Source of the DNA: Bacillota bacterium
GTDB taxonomy: Bacteria > Bacillota > UBA4882 > UBA8346
Assembly: GCA_003501335.1 (NCBI GenBank)
Contig: DNPQ01000567.1
Location: 1 to 52,028, forward strand
Direction: 5' to 3'
DNA: 52,028 nucleotides
Positions 43,093 to 51,967 of this stretch are shown here, piece by piece (position 1 is the stretch's first letter; each line of letters begins with the position of its first letter). A program made the position numbers and the translations under genes. The notes beneath the pieces were generated by a model. That model saw nothing but the letters and a program-made list of their open reading frames with translations, was not told the origin of the DNA and ran no database searches.

Positions 43093-43204
43093 ACTCATTA
43101 CAACTTTGTAATTTCATAGTATCACACTCATTACAGTTTTGCAATAATTGGTTCCCACTTTGTAATAAATAATTGTTGCAAAGATGTAATTGGTATGCTA
43201 CTAT
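43093..43204. promoter_or_regulatory. Immunity switch: three operator copies and two divergent TTGCAA-N17-TACTAT promoters
   Basis: O1 is ATTACAACTTTGTAAT (43097-43112), a perfect 7-bp inverted repeat. O2 is ATTACAGTTTTGCAAT (43130-43145). Both are preceded by ACTC. O3 lies in reverse orientation at 43175-43190 (ATTACATCTTTGCAAC). The leftward promoter has -35 at 43139-43144 and -10 at 43116-43121. The rightward promoter has -35 at 43176-43181 and -10 at 43199-43204. Confidence 0.55.
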
Positions 43205-43226
43205 TTATTTGAAAGGAGTGACCGTA

Positions 43227-43604
43227 ATGAATGATAATATTGATTTTGGGAAATATTTATCCGAATTACGAAATAGGAACAACATAGAAACCCAAAGAGA
43301 ACTTGCAGATAAATCTGGTTTAAGCACAGCGACTATTTCAAGAATAGAAGCTGGACTTCAAAAGGCAAAACCCGAGCATCTAAAAAAAATCGCGCCTTAT
43401 TTAAAAACGCCTTATGAAGAATTAATGAAAGCGGCTGGCTATCTAGATGAAAAAAATGTTGATGAAGAGATAAAAAACTCTAGACTTATTAAAGTCATGG
43501 CCAGAGCAGAAGAATTGCCAGATGACAAAATTAAATATGTTGTAAATGTTGTAGAAGGAATTATCAAAGCACATGAAGAGGAGCAAAATAATACAAAAAA
43601 ATGA
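43227..43604 (+). CDS. XRE-family repressor (ImmR/CI-like)
   Basis: ATG at 43227 with SD aaggag. The HTH is ETQRELADKSGLSTATISRIEAG. Its stop overlaps the start of the ImmA-like gene (ATGA). Confidence 0.8.
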   Translation: MNDNIDFGKYLSELRNRNNIETQRELADKSGLSTATISRIEAGLQKAKPEHLKKIAPYLKTPYEELMKAAGYLDEKNVDEEIKNSRLIKVMARAEELPDDKIKYVVNVVEGIIKAHEEEQNNTKK

Positions 43605-44602
43605 TGAAGCCAGAAATCCCGCATGAGGCACGCTGGGATTACGCCACTGAAAAAGCTCAGAATTTCATCATAGATTCAAATATCAACAAACTCCCAGTCG
43701 ATCCCTTTGCTTTATACAAAAATAATAATTGGAAACTTATTAAATTATCTGACCTGGAGAAATCTAACTATTCCTCTGCAGAAGATATTGCCCAAACAAT
43801 CGTACTTTTTAAAAATGATAAAAATCACATTGATGCTTTAACTTTTAACTGCCACAATGAATTTTATTTAACAATATACGATGATAGTGTTTCCGACTAT
43901 AGAATTCATTGGACTTTGGGTCATGAAATAGGCCATATAATTTTAGAGCATTTTTCTTTTCTTAAAACAGGAATTAAATTTCTAGATAATGTTCTTTTCC
44001 GAAGTGATATTACAAATGATGAATATCAGGCTCTTGAAGGTGAAGCTCATGCATTTGCAGCAGAATTACTTGCGCCTGAAATTGTTTTAAAAAATATAGG
44101 AGCAATAAGTAAAGACGAAATTCAAAATCTCTGTTATATTTCAAATACAGCAGCGGGAAAAAGAGAACGCTACTTATCAAGATATCCAGATCATGTAAAT
44201 ATTTACGATGATGAACAATCAGAAAGACTTGAAAAAATATATAACTATTTCACCGATTATATAAACTCATTAGTGTATTGTTCTAAGAATAGCAAAATTA
44301 AAAACGATAAAATTTATAGGACTCATTGGCAATTAATGCCCAAAAAAGCTTCACATCAGCCTAGCTTTCTGAGTGTTGATAACCAAGGAAGATTTACTGC
44401 TTGCCCGAGATGTGGGCAAAAACACTTTTCTACAGAAGCTAACTATTGTAAAACATGTGGCTTTTATCTATTTATTTGTAATGACTATGATAATTTGCCT
44501 AAATTTAAAAATTGTGGTATGAAAAACCCTAAAGATGCTCATTATTGTGAATGTTGTGGCGCAATAACTATTTTTAATATACCTGATTTCAAAAGCAATT
44601 AA
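43601..44602 (+). CDS. ImmA/IrrE-family zinc metalloprotease with C-terminal double zinc-ribbon
   Basis: It has an HEIGH motif (WTLGHEIGHIILEH). The C-terminus carries CPRCG…CKTCG and NCG…CECCG. It is coupled to the repressor gene. Confidence 0.75.
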   Translation: MMKPEIPHEARWDYATEKAQNFIIDSNINKLPVDPFALYKNNNWKLIKLSDLEKSNYSSAEDIAQTIVLFKNDKNHIDALTFNCHNEFYLTIYDDSVSDYRIHWTLGHEIGHIILEHFSFLKTGIKFLDNVLFRSDITNDEYQALEGEAHAFAAELLAPEIVLKNIGAISKDEIQNLCYISNTAAGKRERYLSRYPDHVNIYDDEQSERLEKIYNYFTDYINSLVYCSKNSKIKNDKIYRTHWQLMPKKASHQPSFLSVDNQGRFTACPRCGQKHFSTEANYCKTCGFYLFICNDYDNLPKFKNCGMKNPKDAHYCECCGAITIFNIPDFKSN

Positions 44603-44619
44603 AATTAATAAAAATTATT

Positions 44620-44653
44620 GCATCAAGAATGACTTTCAAAAGGAGTCATTTTT
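44620..44653 (+). terminator. Hairpin plus T-run after the ImmA-like gene
   Basis: The sequence reads aatgact-ttcaaaagg-agtcatt followed by tttatt. Confidence 0.4.
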
Positions 44654-44672
44654 ATTATAAGGAGGCGATTTT

Positions 44673-45998
44673 ATGGCAGGGGAAGGTACCCTATTCCAAA
44701 AGAAAACGAATAGTAAATGGTATTGGCTCATCAGTACGGGATGGGACCCAACATTAAAAGGCGGGAAAGGGGGTTACGGCCGAGAGTGGATTGATCTTGA
44801 AACTACCGATAAGAAGCAAGCTATTGAAAACAAAAAGAAAACCCTCGGTCAAATGGAAAACAAAGGCGGTCGCTATGATAAGCCAACCGATAAAACGGTG
44901 GGCGAATGGCTTGATTTCTGGTTAAACGAAGTTATTAAACCAAAATATAATGAAGAAGAAGGATCATCTACCTATGATTTCTACGAATATATAATTAGAG
45001 TGCATATCAAGCCAAAAATCGGGAGCATCCTTTTAAAAAAACTAAGTCCGGAAGATATTCAAAAGTTCTTTAATCAGAAACGGGTCGAGAAGAAACTTAG
45101 CAAAAAGAAGGATGATAAAGGTAATTACATACCAAGCAATGATCCACTTTCTAAAAGAACAATCCACGGTATCGAAGGTGTCCTTTCAATGGCGTTAATT
45201 AAAGCCGTGGGGATGCGAAAAATTCCTGATAATCCTATGGCCGGGATAGACCGAATTGATTATACACGGCCCCAAGTGAAGTATATGACCACCGAACAGG
45301 TCGCAGATTTTTTAGGAAAGATCAGATTTGACCCATGGTATTTTGCTTATCTAACAACTTTAGGAACCGGCGTTAGATTGAGCGAATTGGCGGCTCTTAA
45401 ATGGGATGATGTCGATTTGGCAAATAAGCAAATGAGAATTGACGAAGGGCGAGTTGAAGTAAATACTTACGCTGAAGAAGGTCCCAAAACCAAACTCATT
45501 ACCAAAGATCCGAAAAGTGAAAAAGGAAACCGGACGATTCCCTTACCCAATGATGTTGTTGCCGGCTTAAAAAAATGGAGAGAAATACAAATTAAGGAAC
45601 GTTGGGAATGGGAAAACAAGCGGCTAAAAGAGGAACAAGAAACAGAAGCAAAGCCTTGGAAAAAACCAAAACGTATGTTTAAAAGGCTAGAATATTTTCA
45701 ATCAGGCTATGTTTTTACCAAACCGGATGGGTATCCGCCACGGCCAGATCGTTTATCAAAACATTTTTTAGAATTAGTTCGTGAACACGGTTACGAAGGA
45801 TTAACATTCCATAAGCAGCGACATTCTTACGTTACGATGCTATTGGAAACCGAAAAGGTAGATTGGAAAACCATTCAAGAAAATCTCGGGGATGCTACTT
45901 TTCAAGTAGTTACAGACACATACGCTCACATCCCGGCAGCATTAAAGAAAAAATCTGTTGAAAATTTAAATGGCTTTTCTGAGAAGAAAGCAAATTAA
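44673..45998 (+). CDS. int: Tyrosine recombinase (phage integrase)
   Basis: 441 aa with SD aaggagg. Catalytic-type motifs are GVRLSELAALKWDDVD, HKQRHSYVTMLL and TDTYAHI. It lies next to the intact tRNA-Lys. Confidence 0.9.
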   Translation: MAGEGTLFQKKTNSKWYWLISTGWDPTLKGGKGGYGREWIDLETTDKKQAIENKKKTLGQMENKGGRYDKPTDKTVGEWLDFWLNEVIKPKYNEEEGSSTYDFYEYIIRVHIKPKIGSILLKKLSPEDIQKFFNQKRVEKKLSKKKDDKGNYIPSNDPLSKRTIHGIEGVLSMALIKAVGMRKIPDNPMAGIDRIDYTRPQVKYMTTEQVADFLGKIRFDPWYFAYLTTLGTGVRLSELAALKWDDVDLANKQMRIDEGRVEVNTYAEEGPKTKLITKDPKSEKGNRTIPLPNDVVAGLKKWREIQIKERWEWENKRLKEEQETEAKPWKKPKRMFKRLEYFQSGYVFTKPDGYPPRPDRLSKHFLELVREHGYEGLTFHKQRHSYVTMLLETEKVDWKTIQENLGDATFQVVTDTYAHIPAALKKKSVENLNGFSEKKAN

Positions 45999-46071
45999 TT
46001 CAAGCCCTCGGAACTAGAGAGTTTGCAAAGATTTGTTGCAAAATTCGTAGAAAATGGCATTTTGAGTATAA

Positions 46072-46105
46072 AAAAACGGCTTTACGAAATCTCGCAAACC
46101 GTTGT
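46072..46105. terminator. Phage-supplied bidirectional hairpin between int and the reconstituted tRNA 3' end
   Basis: Imperfect stem acggcttt…caaaccgt, flanked by aaaaaaa on one side and ttgttgtt on the other. Confidence 0.35.
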
Positions 46106-46114
46106 TGTTCTTAA

Positions 46115-46190
<76 letters not shown>

Positions 46191-46350
46191 ATATCTCTTT
46201 CATATTCACTTTGGTATTGCTATTTATTTCAAATTTTGAAAGTCGGGCTCTTTACTTTATGAACATATCCACCGAAGCTCGCGATCCAAAATGAATTTTC
46301 TTTCAGCCTTACTCCACTTACTCACTTACTCATTAAAAATTTTAAATAAC

Positions 46351-46427
46351 TGGTGGCGGTGGCTGGGATCGAACCAGCGACACTGCGGGTATGAACCGCA
46401 TGCTCATACCAACTGAGCTACACCGCC
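46351..46427 (-). tRNA. tRNA-Met (anticodon CAU, elongator-type), CCA encoded
   Basis: The reverse complement is GGCGGTGTAGCTCAGTTGGTATGAGCATGCGGTTCATACCCGCAGTGTCGCTGGTTCGATCCCAGCCACCGCCACCA. The anticodon loop is TTCATAC. The acceptor GGCGGTG resembles the Bacillus elongator Met tRNA rather than the initiator or Ile2 tRNA. Confidence 0.8.
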
Positions 46428-46445
46428 AAACTTAACGCATATGTT

Positions 46446-46474
46446 ATTATAATATAAACCCGTCCGTAGATCAA
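46446..46474 (-). promoter_or_regulatory. Sigma-A-type promoter candidate for the tRNA-Met/tRNA-Lys unit
   Basis: On the minus strand the sequence reads TTGATC (46474-46469), a 17-nt spacer, then TATAAT (46451-46446). It lies about 19 nt upstream of the tRNA-Met 5' end. Confidence 0.5.
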
Positions 46475-46645
46475 TAGCCTGTTTTTGGATTTATTATAAA
46501 AATAATGTTCTGACCTTTTGGCGATCGGCTAATAGCATACCACTATTGACTTTCATTGGTTACTTTATTTTTCACACTTTTAAAAACTTGTCTTCCATCC
46601 CAATCCTTAATGAGGTTATGTCAGGGAAAAAGGCTCATGTTTGGT

Positions 46646-47509
46646 TCAACCATCATACTTCTCCGGTGGATTCTGATTTTTATGACCATCCTGGGATTCA
46701 TTCCCCAATATAATCTCTTCAACCGCGCTGAGTAGGATCTCTTTCCGCACCCCATCGCCAAATTGTACCAGCAGTGACTCCTTGAGCGGATTGGTTTCCA
46801 CGATCTTACCTTCCTTACCATCTACCCGTACTCTGCTGCCAATCAGTGGCAAGTCCGCCTTAGCCTCACGGTAACAATTAGACTCAAACTTCAAGCAGCA
46901 CATCAGGCGGGAACAAATCCCGGAAATTTTCACCGGATTGAGGGAAAGATTTTGCTCTTTGGCCATCTTAATCGATACTGGTTCAAAGTCCCCTAAAAAT
47001 GTGCCACAACATAGCGGTCTTCCGCAAGGGCCCAACCCACCCAACATTTTAGCCTCATCACGGACTCCAATCTGTCTTAGTTCGATGCGGGTCCGGAAAA
47101 CGGTCGCCAAGTCCTTGACCAGCTCCCGGAAATCCACTCGGCCGTCAGCGGTAAAGTAAAAAATAATCTTACTGCGGTCAAAAGTATACTCCACCTCCAC
47201 CAGTTTCATCTGTAACTGGTGGTGGGCTATCTTCTCCAGGCAAGTGGTAAAGGCTTTCTTTTCTTTTTCCATATTCTCGCGCAGCTGGGACTCATCTTCC
47301 GCCGTCGCAATCCGGATTACTTTTTTTAAAGGTAAGGTTACTTTCTCATCCGGCACCTCTTTAGGGCCGATCATCACCTGACCGAACTCAATACCTCTGG
47401 CCGTCTCCACGATCACGCTCTGACCAGCCTTTATCTCAAACTCACTGGGATCGAAATAATAAATTTTACCCGCCTGTTTAAAGCGGACTCCGACTACATT
47501 ATATCCCAT
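46646..47509 (-). CDS. ricT: PSP1-domain protein RicT/YaaT
   Basis: 287 aa. Motifs include VVGVRFKQAGKIYYFDP and GLGPCGRPLCCGTFL…ICSRLMCCLKFE. It is syntenic downstream of holB. Confidence 0.8.
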   Translation of the reverse strand: MGYNVVGVRFKQAGKIYYFDPSEFEIKAGQSVIVETARGIEFGQVMIGPKEVPDEKVTLPLKKVIRIATAEDESQLRENMEKEKKAFTTCLEKIAHHQLQMKLVEVEYTFDRSKIIFYFTADGRVDFRELVKDLATVFRTRIELRQIGVRDEAKMLGGLGPCGRPLCCGTFLGDFEPVSIKMAKEQNLSLNPVKISGICSRLMCCLKFESNCYREAKADLPLIGSRVRVDGKEGKIVETNPLKESLLVQFGDGVRKEILLSAVEEIILGNESQDGHKNQNPPEKYDG

Positions 47510-47557
47510 TCAACCAATTCCCTTCACTTTGACTCCGACAACTTTAGGATTAAGCCT

Positions 47558-48496
47558 TCAATCGTTCAAAGTATATTTAGCATGTACTTTTAAGGCTATA
47601 AAAAATTCTTCCAGGATCAGCCGCACATTCACATTACTTTCAGCCATATGAATGGCTTGGGTCAGTTTTTCCGAAAAAAATAATTGTTCAGCCATTTTTT
47701 CGGAAGACCGCTGAGCTGATTTGGCCTTACGAATCATATTTATTCTTAATTCAGCCTGCCATTCCTGCATTAAATTTGAAACTTCACGCCTGTCCTTTTT
47801 TTCAAGTTCATTGGCCAGTTTTAAAAGTTCCAGCAAATCCCGGTCCCAAATTTCCGCCAACTTGATTGGAGCGATTCCAGATGAGTCCTCTCCCTGGCTT
47901 AATGCAGCCCCGGGAATCCCCTCGGCTACTTGAGCCCGCCTGATCGCCTCTTCATCCGTAAAACCCTTCTCCGTTAGCCAAGGGATAATCTCTTCTGATG
48001 ACACCGGAAACAATTGATAAACCTGGCAGCGGGAGCGAATCGTCGGCAAAATGTTATCAGCCCGCACAGCTATAAAAAGGAAAATAACCCCGGAGGGCGG
48101 TTCTTCTAAAATTTTTAAAAAACTATTAGCCGCTGCTTCGGTAAGCTGGTCGGCTTCTGAAAAGAAAAAAATCTTATGTGTCCCTATAATGGGCCGCAGA
48201 TAAGCACTGTGCTGCATGTCCCGGAGTTGATCGATTTTAATCGAATTACCGCTGGGGACAATCGTCACCCAATCGGGATGCAATCCTATATTGAGCTGTT
48301 GGCAGGAGCGGCAACTACAAGAGTCCGCCCCCTGTTCAAGACAAAGCAACTGTTTGGCAAAAGCCCGGGCCAGTGTCTTCTTTCCCACCCCGGCAGGGCC
48401 TAAAAACAAATAAGCATGTCCTGTTTTGGCATCTGCCAAAGCACTACTTAACGCCTTTATAACTTCTTTATGTCCAATTATATCAGAAAAAGCCAC
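47558..48496 (-). CDS. holB: DNA polymerase III delta' subunit
   Basis: 312 aa. Motifs are HAYLFLGPAGVGKKT (a degenerate Walker A), a Cys cluster CSCRSCQ, KILEEPP and SRCQ. It shows synteny with tmk and yaaT. Confidence 0.85.
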   Translation of the reverse strand: MAFSDIIGHKEVIKALSSALADAKTGHAYLFLGPAGVGKKTLARAFAKQLLCLEQGADSCSCRSCQQLNIGLHPDWVTIVPSGNSIKIDQLRDMQHSAYLRPIIGTHKIFFFSEADQLTEAAANSFLKILEEPPSGVIFLFIAVRADNILPTIRSRCQVYQLFPVSSEEIIPWLTEKGFTDEEAIRRAQVAEGIPGAALSQGEDSSGIAPIKLAEIWDRDLLELLKLANELEKKDRREVSNLMQEWQAELRINMIRKAKSAQRSSEKMAEQLFFSEKLTQAIHMAESNVNVRLILEEFFIALKVHAKYTLND

Positions 48497-48588
48497 ACTT
48501 TTCTCCTTTAATTAAAAGCCTTCTTCATGTGAGCGCCCTAAGGCACTTCATGACGGAAGGAATAACTCGTTACCAAGCCCGTAATGGG

Positions 48589-49032
48589 TTAAAGATAAAA
48601 ATCAACCAGTAAACCCCGGATCTCAGTTAGTTTGGCCACCACATCGATTTGCTTTTTCTCCTGATTCATCACAGCATCCAGTAATTCCTCAACCGATTGA
48701 TTAATTTTTCTTACTAAAACAAAATTCTTACGGTTACCTTCCCGGTCCCAATGGGATTCTTCGTGAATATCGTAGGACTGGCCCGATGCCTCTCTCATGA
48801 AATCCCCGATTAAAGAACGGTATTTTTTAACATCCGAAGGGTTAGGGCCTTTTTTTAGTCTTTCCCCTAATACATCCAGTTCCTGCAAAATAGTCTCACA
48901 GGCTTCACTACGGCGCTTTACATCCGAGCTTCTTAAAGTATCGCTAAAAGAAGCCTGATGCGAACCGGTACTAGACAAACGACTAAGTAATTTGGGATTA
49001 ACCTGGCTTGATTCTGCCGCTTTAACCTTCAT
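48589..49032 (-). CDS. YaaR-like protein (DUF327)
   Basis: 147 aa, in the conserved position between yaaQ/darA and holB. Confidence 0.6.
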   Translation of the reverse strand: MKVKAAESSQVNPKLLSRLSSTGSHQASFSDTLRSSDVKRRSEACETILQELDVLGERLKKGPNPSDVKKYRSLIGDFMREASGQSYDIHEESHWDREGNRKNFVLVRKINQSVEELLDAVMNQEKKQIDVVAKLTEIRGLLVDFYL

Positions 49033-49253
49033 GTTTGGAGACCTTCTTAGAAAAATATTTCAAGTCCCGTATTTACCATACAAGGAGAAATAGCTCAATC
49101 TAGCCCTCCTTTATGCACTTCCCCGCTCATCCAAAAAAGCCCTGCCCTGATCCGGGTCGAGTTAGCCTTTTCAGAAGGCAAAACATTATTCATTAGACAC
49201 AAGTCCCAAAGCGTTCACACCTTGGAGACTTTAGAAAGACGCCGGATGGGAGT

Positions 49254-49583
49254 TTAAATTTTGATAAACTCCTGCACCTCCACAACAAAAATAGTAGCAC
49301 CACCGACCTGCACTTCGACCGGATTGGGGATATAATTATTCATCGTCCGCCCCACTGAAGCCAACGGCGTTAACAACTGTTTCCGTGAATGGCAGGTGTC
49401 TTTAATCAGACCGGTGAGTTCGGAAACTTGCGCCTCCTCAACACCGATTAAGAGGGTGGTATTGCCCTGACGTAAAAATCCTCCGGTACTTGCCAGTTTG
49501 GTTGCAGAGTAACCATGATCGGTTAAAATGGCTAATAACTTGTTTACATCTTGATCTTGCACCATTGTAATGACCAGTCTCAT
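49254..49583 (-). CDS. darA: PII-like cyclic-di-AMP receptor (YaaQ/DarA)
   Basis: 109 aa. Motifs are MRLVITMVQDQDVNKLL…GYSATKLASTGGFLRQGNTTLLIGVEE. It lies directly downstream of tmk. Confidence 0.7.
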   Translation of the reverse strand: MRLVITMVQDQDVNKLLAILTDHGYSATKLASTGGFLRQGNTTLLIGVEEAQVSELTGLIKDTCHSRKQLLTPLASVGRTMNNYIPNPVEVQVGGATIFVVEVQEFIKI

Positions 49584-49609
49584 CTAAAACCACCGCCTTT
49601 CTTTAATTT

Positions 49610-50251
49610 TCATCCTGATAATCGGTCCCCTACCCAATGAATCAACTCCGCATGTATCGATTGAATATTTTTTGTAGTCGTATCAATCACAACGATCCGT
49701 GGATTATGCCGGGCCAGCTGCAAATAACCCTGCCGGACTTTTTCCTGAAAAGCATAACCGCGGGATTCAATCCGGTCACCCTTGGTTTGATTGGCATCCA
49801 ACCGATTATTCAACCGGCTGATGCTCCGCTCCGTATTAGCATCAAGTAAAAATGTTAGATCCGGTTCCAAACCCCCGGCCGCTATTTTATTAATATCCCC
49901 AATCAAATTCAAATCCCACCCCAGAGCATATCCCTGATAAGCCAAGCTGGAATCGATAAACCGCTCGCTGATTACGATCTTTCCTTCCTCCAGGGCCGGT
50001 TGGATCAATTGATGAACGTGTTGAGCCCGGGAAGCAGCATATAATAAAATCTCCGTTAAAGGAGTCAACGGCTCCTTGCTTGGAGTTAAAATAATCCGGC
50101 GAATCTCTTCCGCCAACGGTGTCCCACCAGGCTCTCTGGTTAACACTACTGAATGATTGAGGTTTTGAAAATATTCCTCCAGCAAATGGGCTTGAGTTGT
50201 TTTACCACAGCCATCGGCGCCTTCAAGAGTTATAAAATATCCGTTTTTCAT
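49610..50251 (-). CDS. tmk: Thymidylate kinase
   Basis: 213 aa with the P-loop FITLEGADGCGKTT, TREPGGT, and a DR(F/Y)-type motif SERFIDSSLAYQG. Confidence 0.9.
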   Translation of the reverse strand: MKNGYFITLEGADGCGKTTQAHLLEEYFQNLNHSVVLTREPGGTPLAEEIRRIILTPSKEPLTPLTEILLYAASRAQHVHQLIQPALEEGKIVISERFIDSSLAYQGYALGWDLNLIGDINKIAAGGLEPDLTFLLDANTERSISRLNNRLDANQTKGDRIESRGYAFQEKVRQGYLQLARHNPRIVVIDTTTKNIQSIHAELIHWVGDRLSG

Positions 50252-51701
50252 CTGTCATCTGCCATCCATAATTTGTTACCCGGATTTCTTCCTTTGGCGA
50301 GACACCGCGCACGATTCCACCATTTTGAAGTACCAGCTGGATCAGTTCAATTTCTTTTTCCCGAATCATCTCTCCGGGAGCTATTAAAGGAATTCCCGGT
50401 GGATAAGGAGCAATCAGGTCTGCCGAAATCCGGCCCGCCGCTTTCGAAAGATTAATCCAGCAACCCGGTCCGAGAGCCGCCTCCCGGGGTCGCATCATGA
50501 GGGGTGGAACCTCTCTGGGAAATTCGATATTAAATTGATCGCTGCCCGAACGGCTACAGATAAGTTTCATGGCTTCCCGGAGTTCCCGTAAATCGCTCTC
50601 CTCCTGCCACGGGGCAAAGAACAAAGTCACTTGGTTGAAGTCGGCATATTCGACCTGTATATTAAATTCAGTCCGTAAGATTTCCTCAACCCGGTAACCA
50701 CTGAAACCCATATTTTTAAAAGAAAGGCATAATTTCCATGGATCAATAGCATTATCCGCGGACAATCTTTCATTATCCAACACCTGCAGCGAACCGAGCC
50801 CGGCCATTTCTTGTTTATAAGCAAGTATCGCCTGAGTTTTGGCCTCGAACATCGCTTTGCCTTTCATTGCCAAAAATCGCCGGTTGCAATCCAATGAAGC
50901 TAATAATATATATGATGGACTGGTCGTAGTTATTAACGCCAAAGCACGCTGGACCCGCTCAGCGTCGATCCGACCACACCTCAGATGCAACATACCAGTC
51001 TGTGTCAATGAACCCAGCATCTTATGTGTACCCTGAACCCAAGCATCCGCATAAGAATGAGCATCAAAGCCCTTGAGTCCGACCCATTCCAAATATCCGC
51101 CATGAGCCTCATCGACAATCAACAAACGTTCCCCAATGATTTTCCGAAGTCCCGTAAGATTCCCGGCTATTCCCTGATAAGTGGGATTGGTGAGAATGAT
51201 TCCTTTGCAATCAGGATGGAGCACTAAAGTTTGTTGCAAAGATTGCTCCGGCATAGCGGCAGGTATTCCCCACTCCTTCAAAAAAGGAGTCTCTAAAAAA
51301 AGCGGCACCAAATCTGCCAAAACAATGGCATGAATCACCGAAATATGACAATTACGGCTTACTAGAACTTTATCCCCTGGATGAAAAGCTCCAGCGATCA
51401 ACGCCAATATCCCCTGGGAAGCCCCTTGCACTAAAAAAAAACTTTGATCCGCTTCATAAAACTCAGCTGCAAGCTGCTCAGCCAGCGCCAGGGAACCCTG
51501 CCAATCCACCGCCGGGATTTCGGTCAAATCAAGCCCAGCCAATAATTGAAAGTCTAACCAATCTTGGTCCCAGTTCAATCCGGCCTTATGTCCTGGTGTA
51601 TGAAACGCCTTCAGAGGCTTGCCCGCATATCGCCGAATCTCTTCGAAAAACGGGGCTGTACTTTGTGATAAAAGCTTATCCATTGATGTTGTATTCGACA
51701 A
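50223..51701 (-). CDS. PLP-dependent Orn/Lys/Arg decarboxylase family protein (YaaO-like)
   Basis: 492 aa. Motifs are FHTPGHK, …VDEAHGG… and GTHKMLGSLTQTG (PLP lysine context). It is syntenic upstream of tmk with a 29-nt overlap. Confidence 0.75.
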   Translation of the reverse strand: MSNTTSMDKLLSQSTAPFFEEIRRYAGKPLKAFHTPGHKAGLNWDQDWLDFQLLAGLDLTEIPAVDWQGSLALAEQLAAEFYEADQSFFLVQGASQGILALIAGAFHPGDKVLVSRNCHISVIHAIVLADLVPLFLETPFLKEWGIPAAMPEQSLQQTLVLHPDCKGIILTNPTYQGIAGNLTGLRKIIGERLLIVDEAHGGYLEWVGLKGFDAHSYADAWVQGTHKMLGSLTQTGMLHLRCGRIDAERVQRALALITTTSPSYILLASLDCNRRFLAMKGKAMFEAKTQAILAYKQEMAGLGSLQVLDNERLSADNAIDPWKLCLSFKNMGFSGYRVEEILRTEFNIQVEYADFNQVTLFFAPWQEESDLRELREAMKLICSRSGSDQFNIEFPREVPPLMMRPREAALGPGCWINLSKAAGRISADLIAPYPPGIPLIAPGEMIREKEIELIQLVLQNGGIVRGVSPKEEIRVTNYGWQMTDEKRIFYNS

Positions 51702-51763
51702 AACGAAGAAACTTTCCTCTTTTTTAACCCTATAGACAAACCCTCCGGATATAAAAAAAAGGC

Positions 51764-51967
51764 TTACGCCTCATCCTTCAAATCCTTCACCTGAATTTTT
51801 GTTTTTTCCCAAAAGCGCTTACATTTATCGATCCAATTCTGATATTCCAATTTACCAACTTCAGCCTTTAATAATGCCTCTTCACAAGATGGGCATAAGT
51901 ATTGCCCTAAAATAAGCATTCCTCCCGGGACTGACGCACCACAGCCAAAACATTCAGGGGTAGTCAT
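51764..51967 (-). CDS. csfB: Gin/CsfB-like anti-sigma-G zinc protein (likely)
   Basis: 67 aa with two CxxC pairs (CFGCG … CPSCEE). Its position upstream of the yaaO-tmk block matches B. subtilis. Confidence 0.45.
   Translation of the reverse strand: MTTPECFGCGASVPGGMLILGQYLCPSCEEALLKAEVGKLEYQNWIDKCKRFWEKTKIQVKDLKDEA

Noticed and set aside
46621-46821. 66-aa minus-strand ORF overlapping the 3' end of ricT
   Set aside because: It is an alternative frame inside a well-supported conserved gene, and its Arg-rich translation has no SD.
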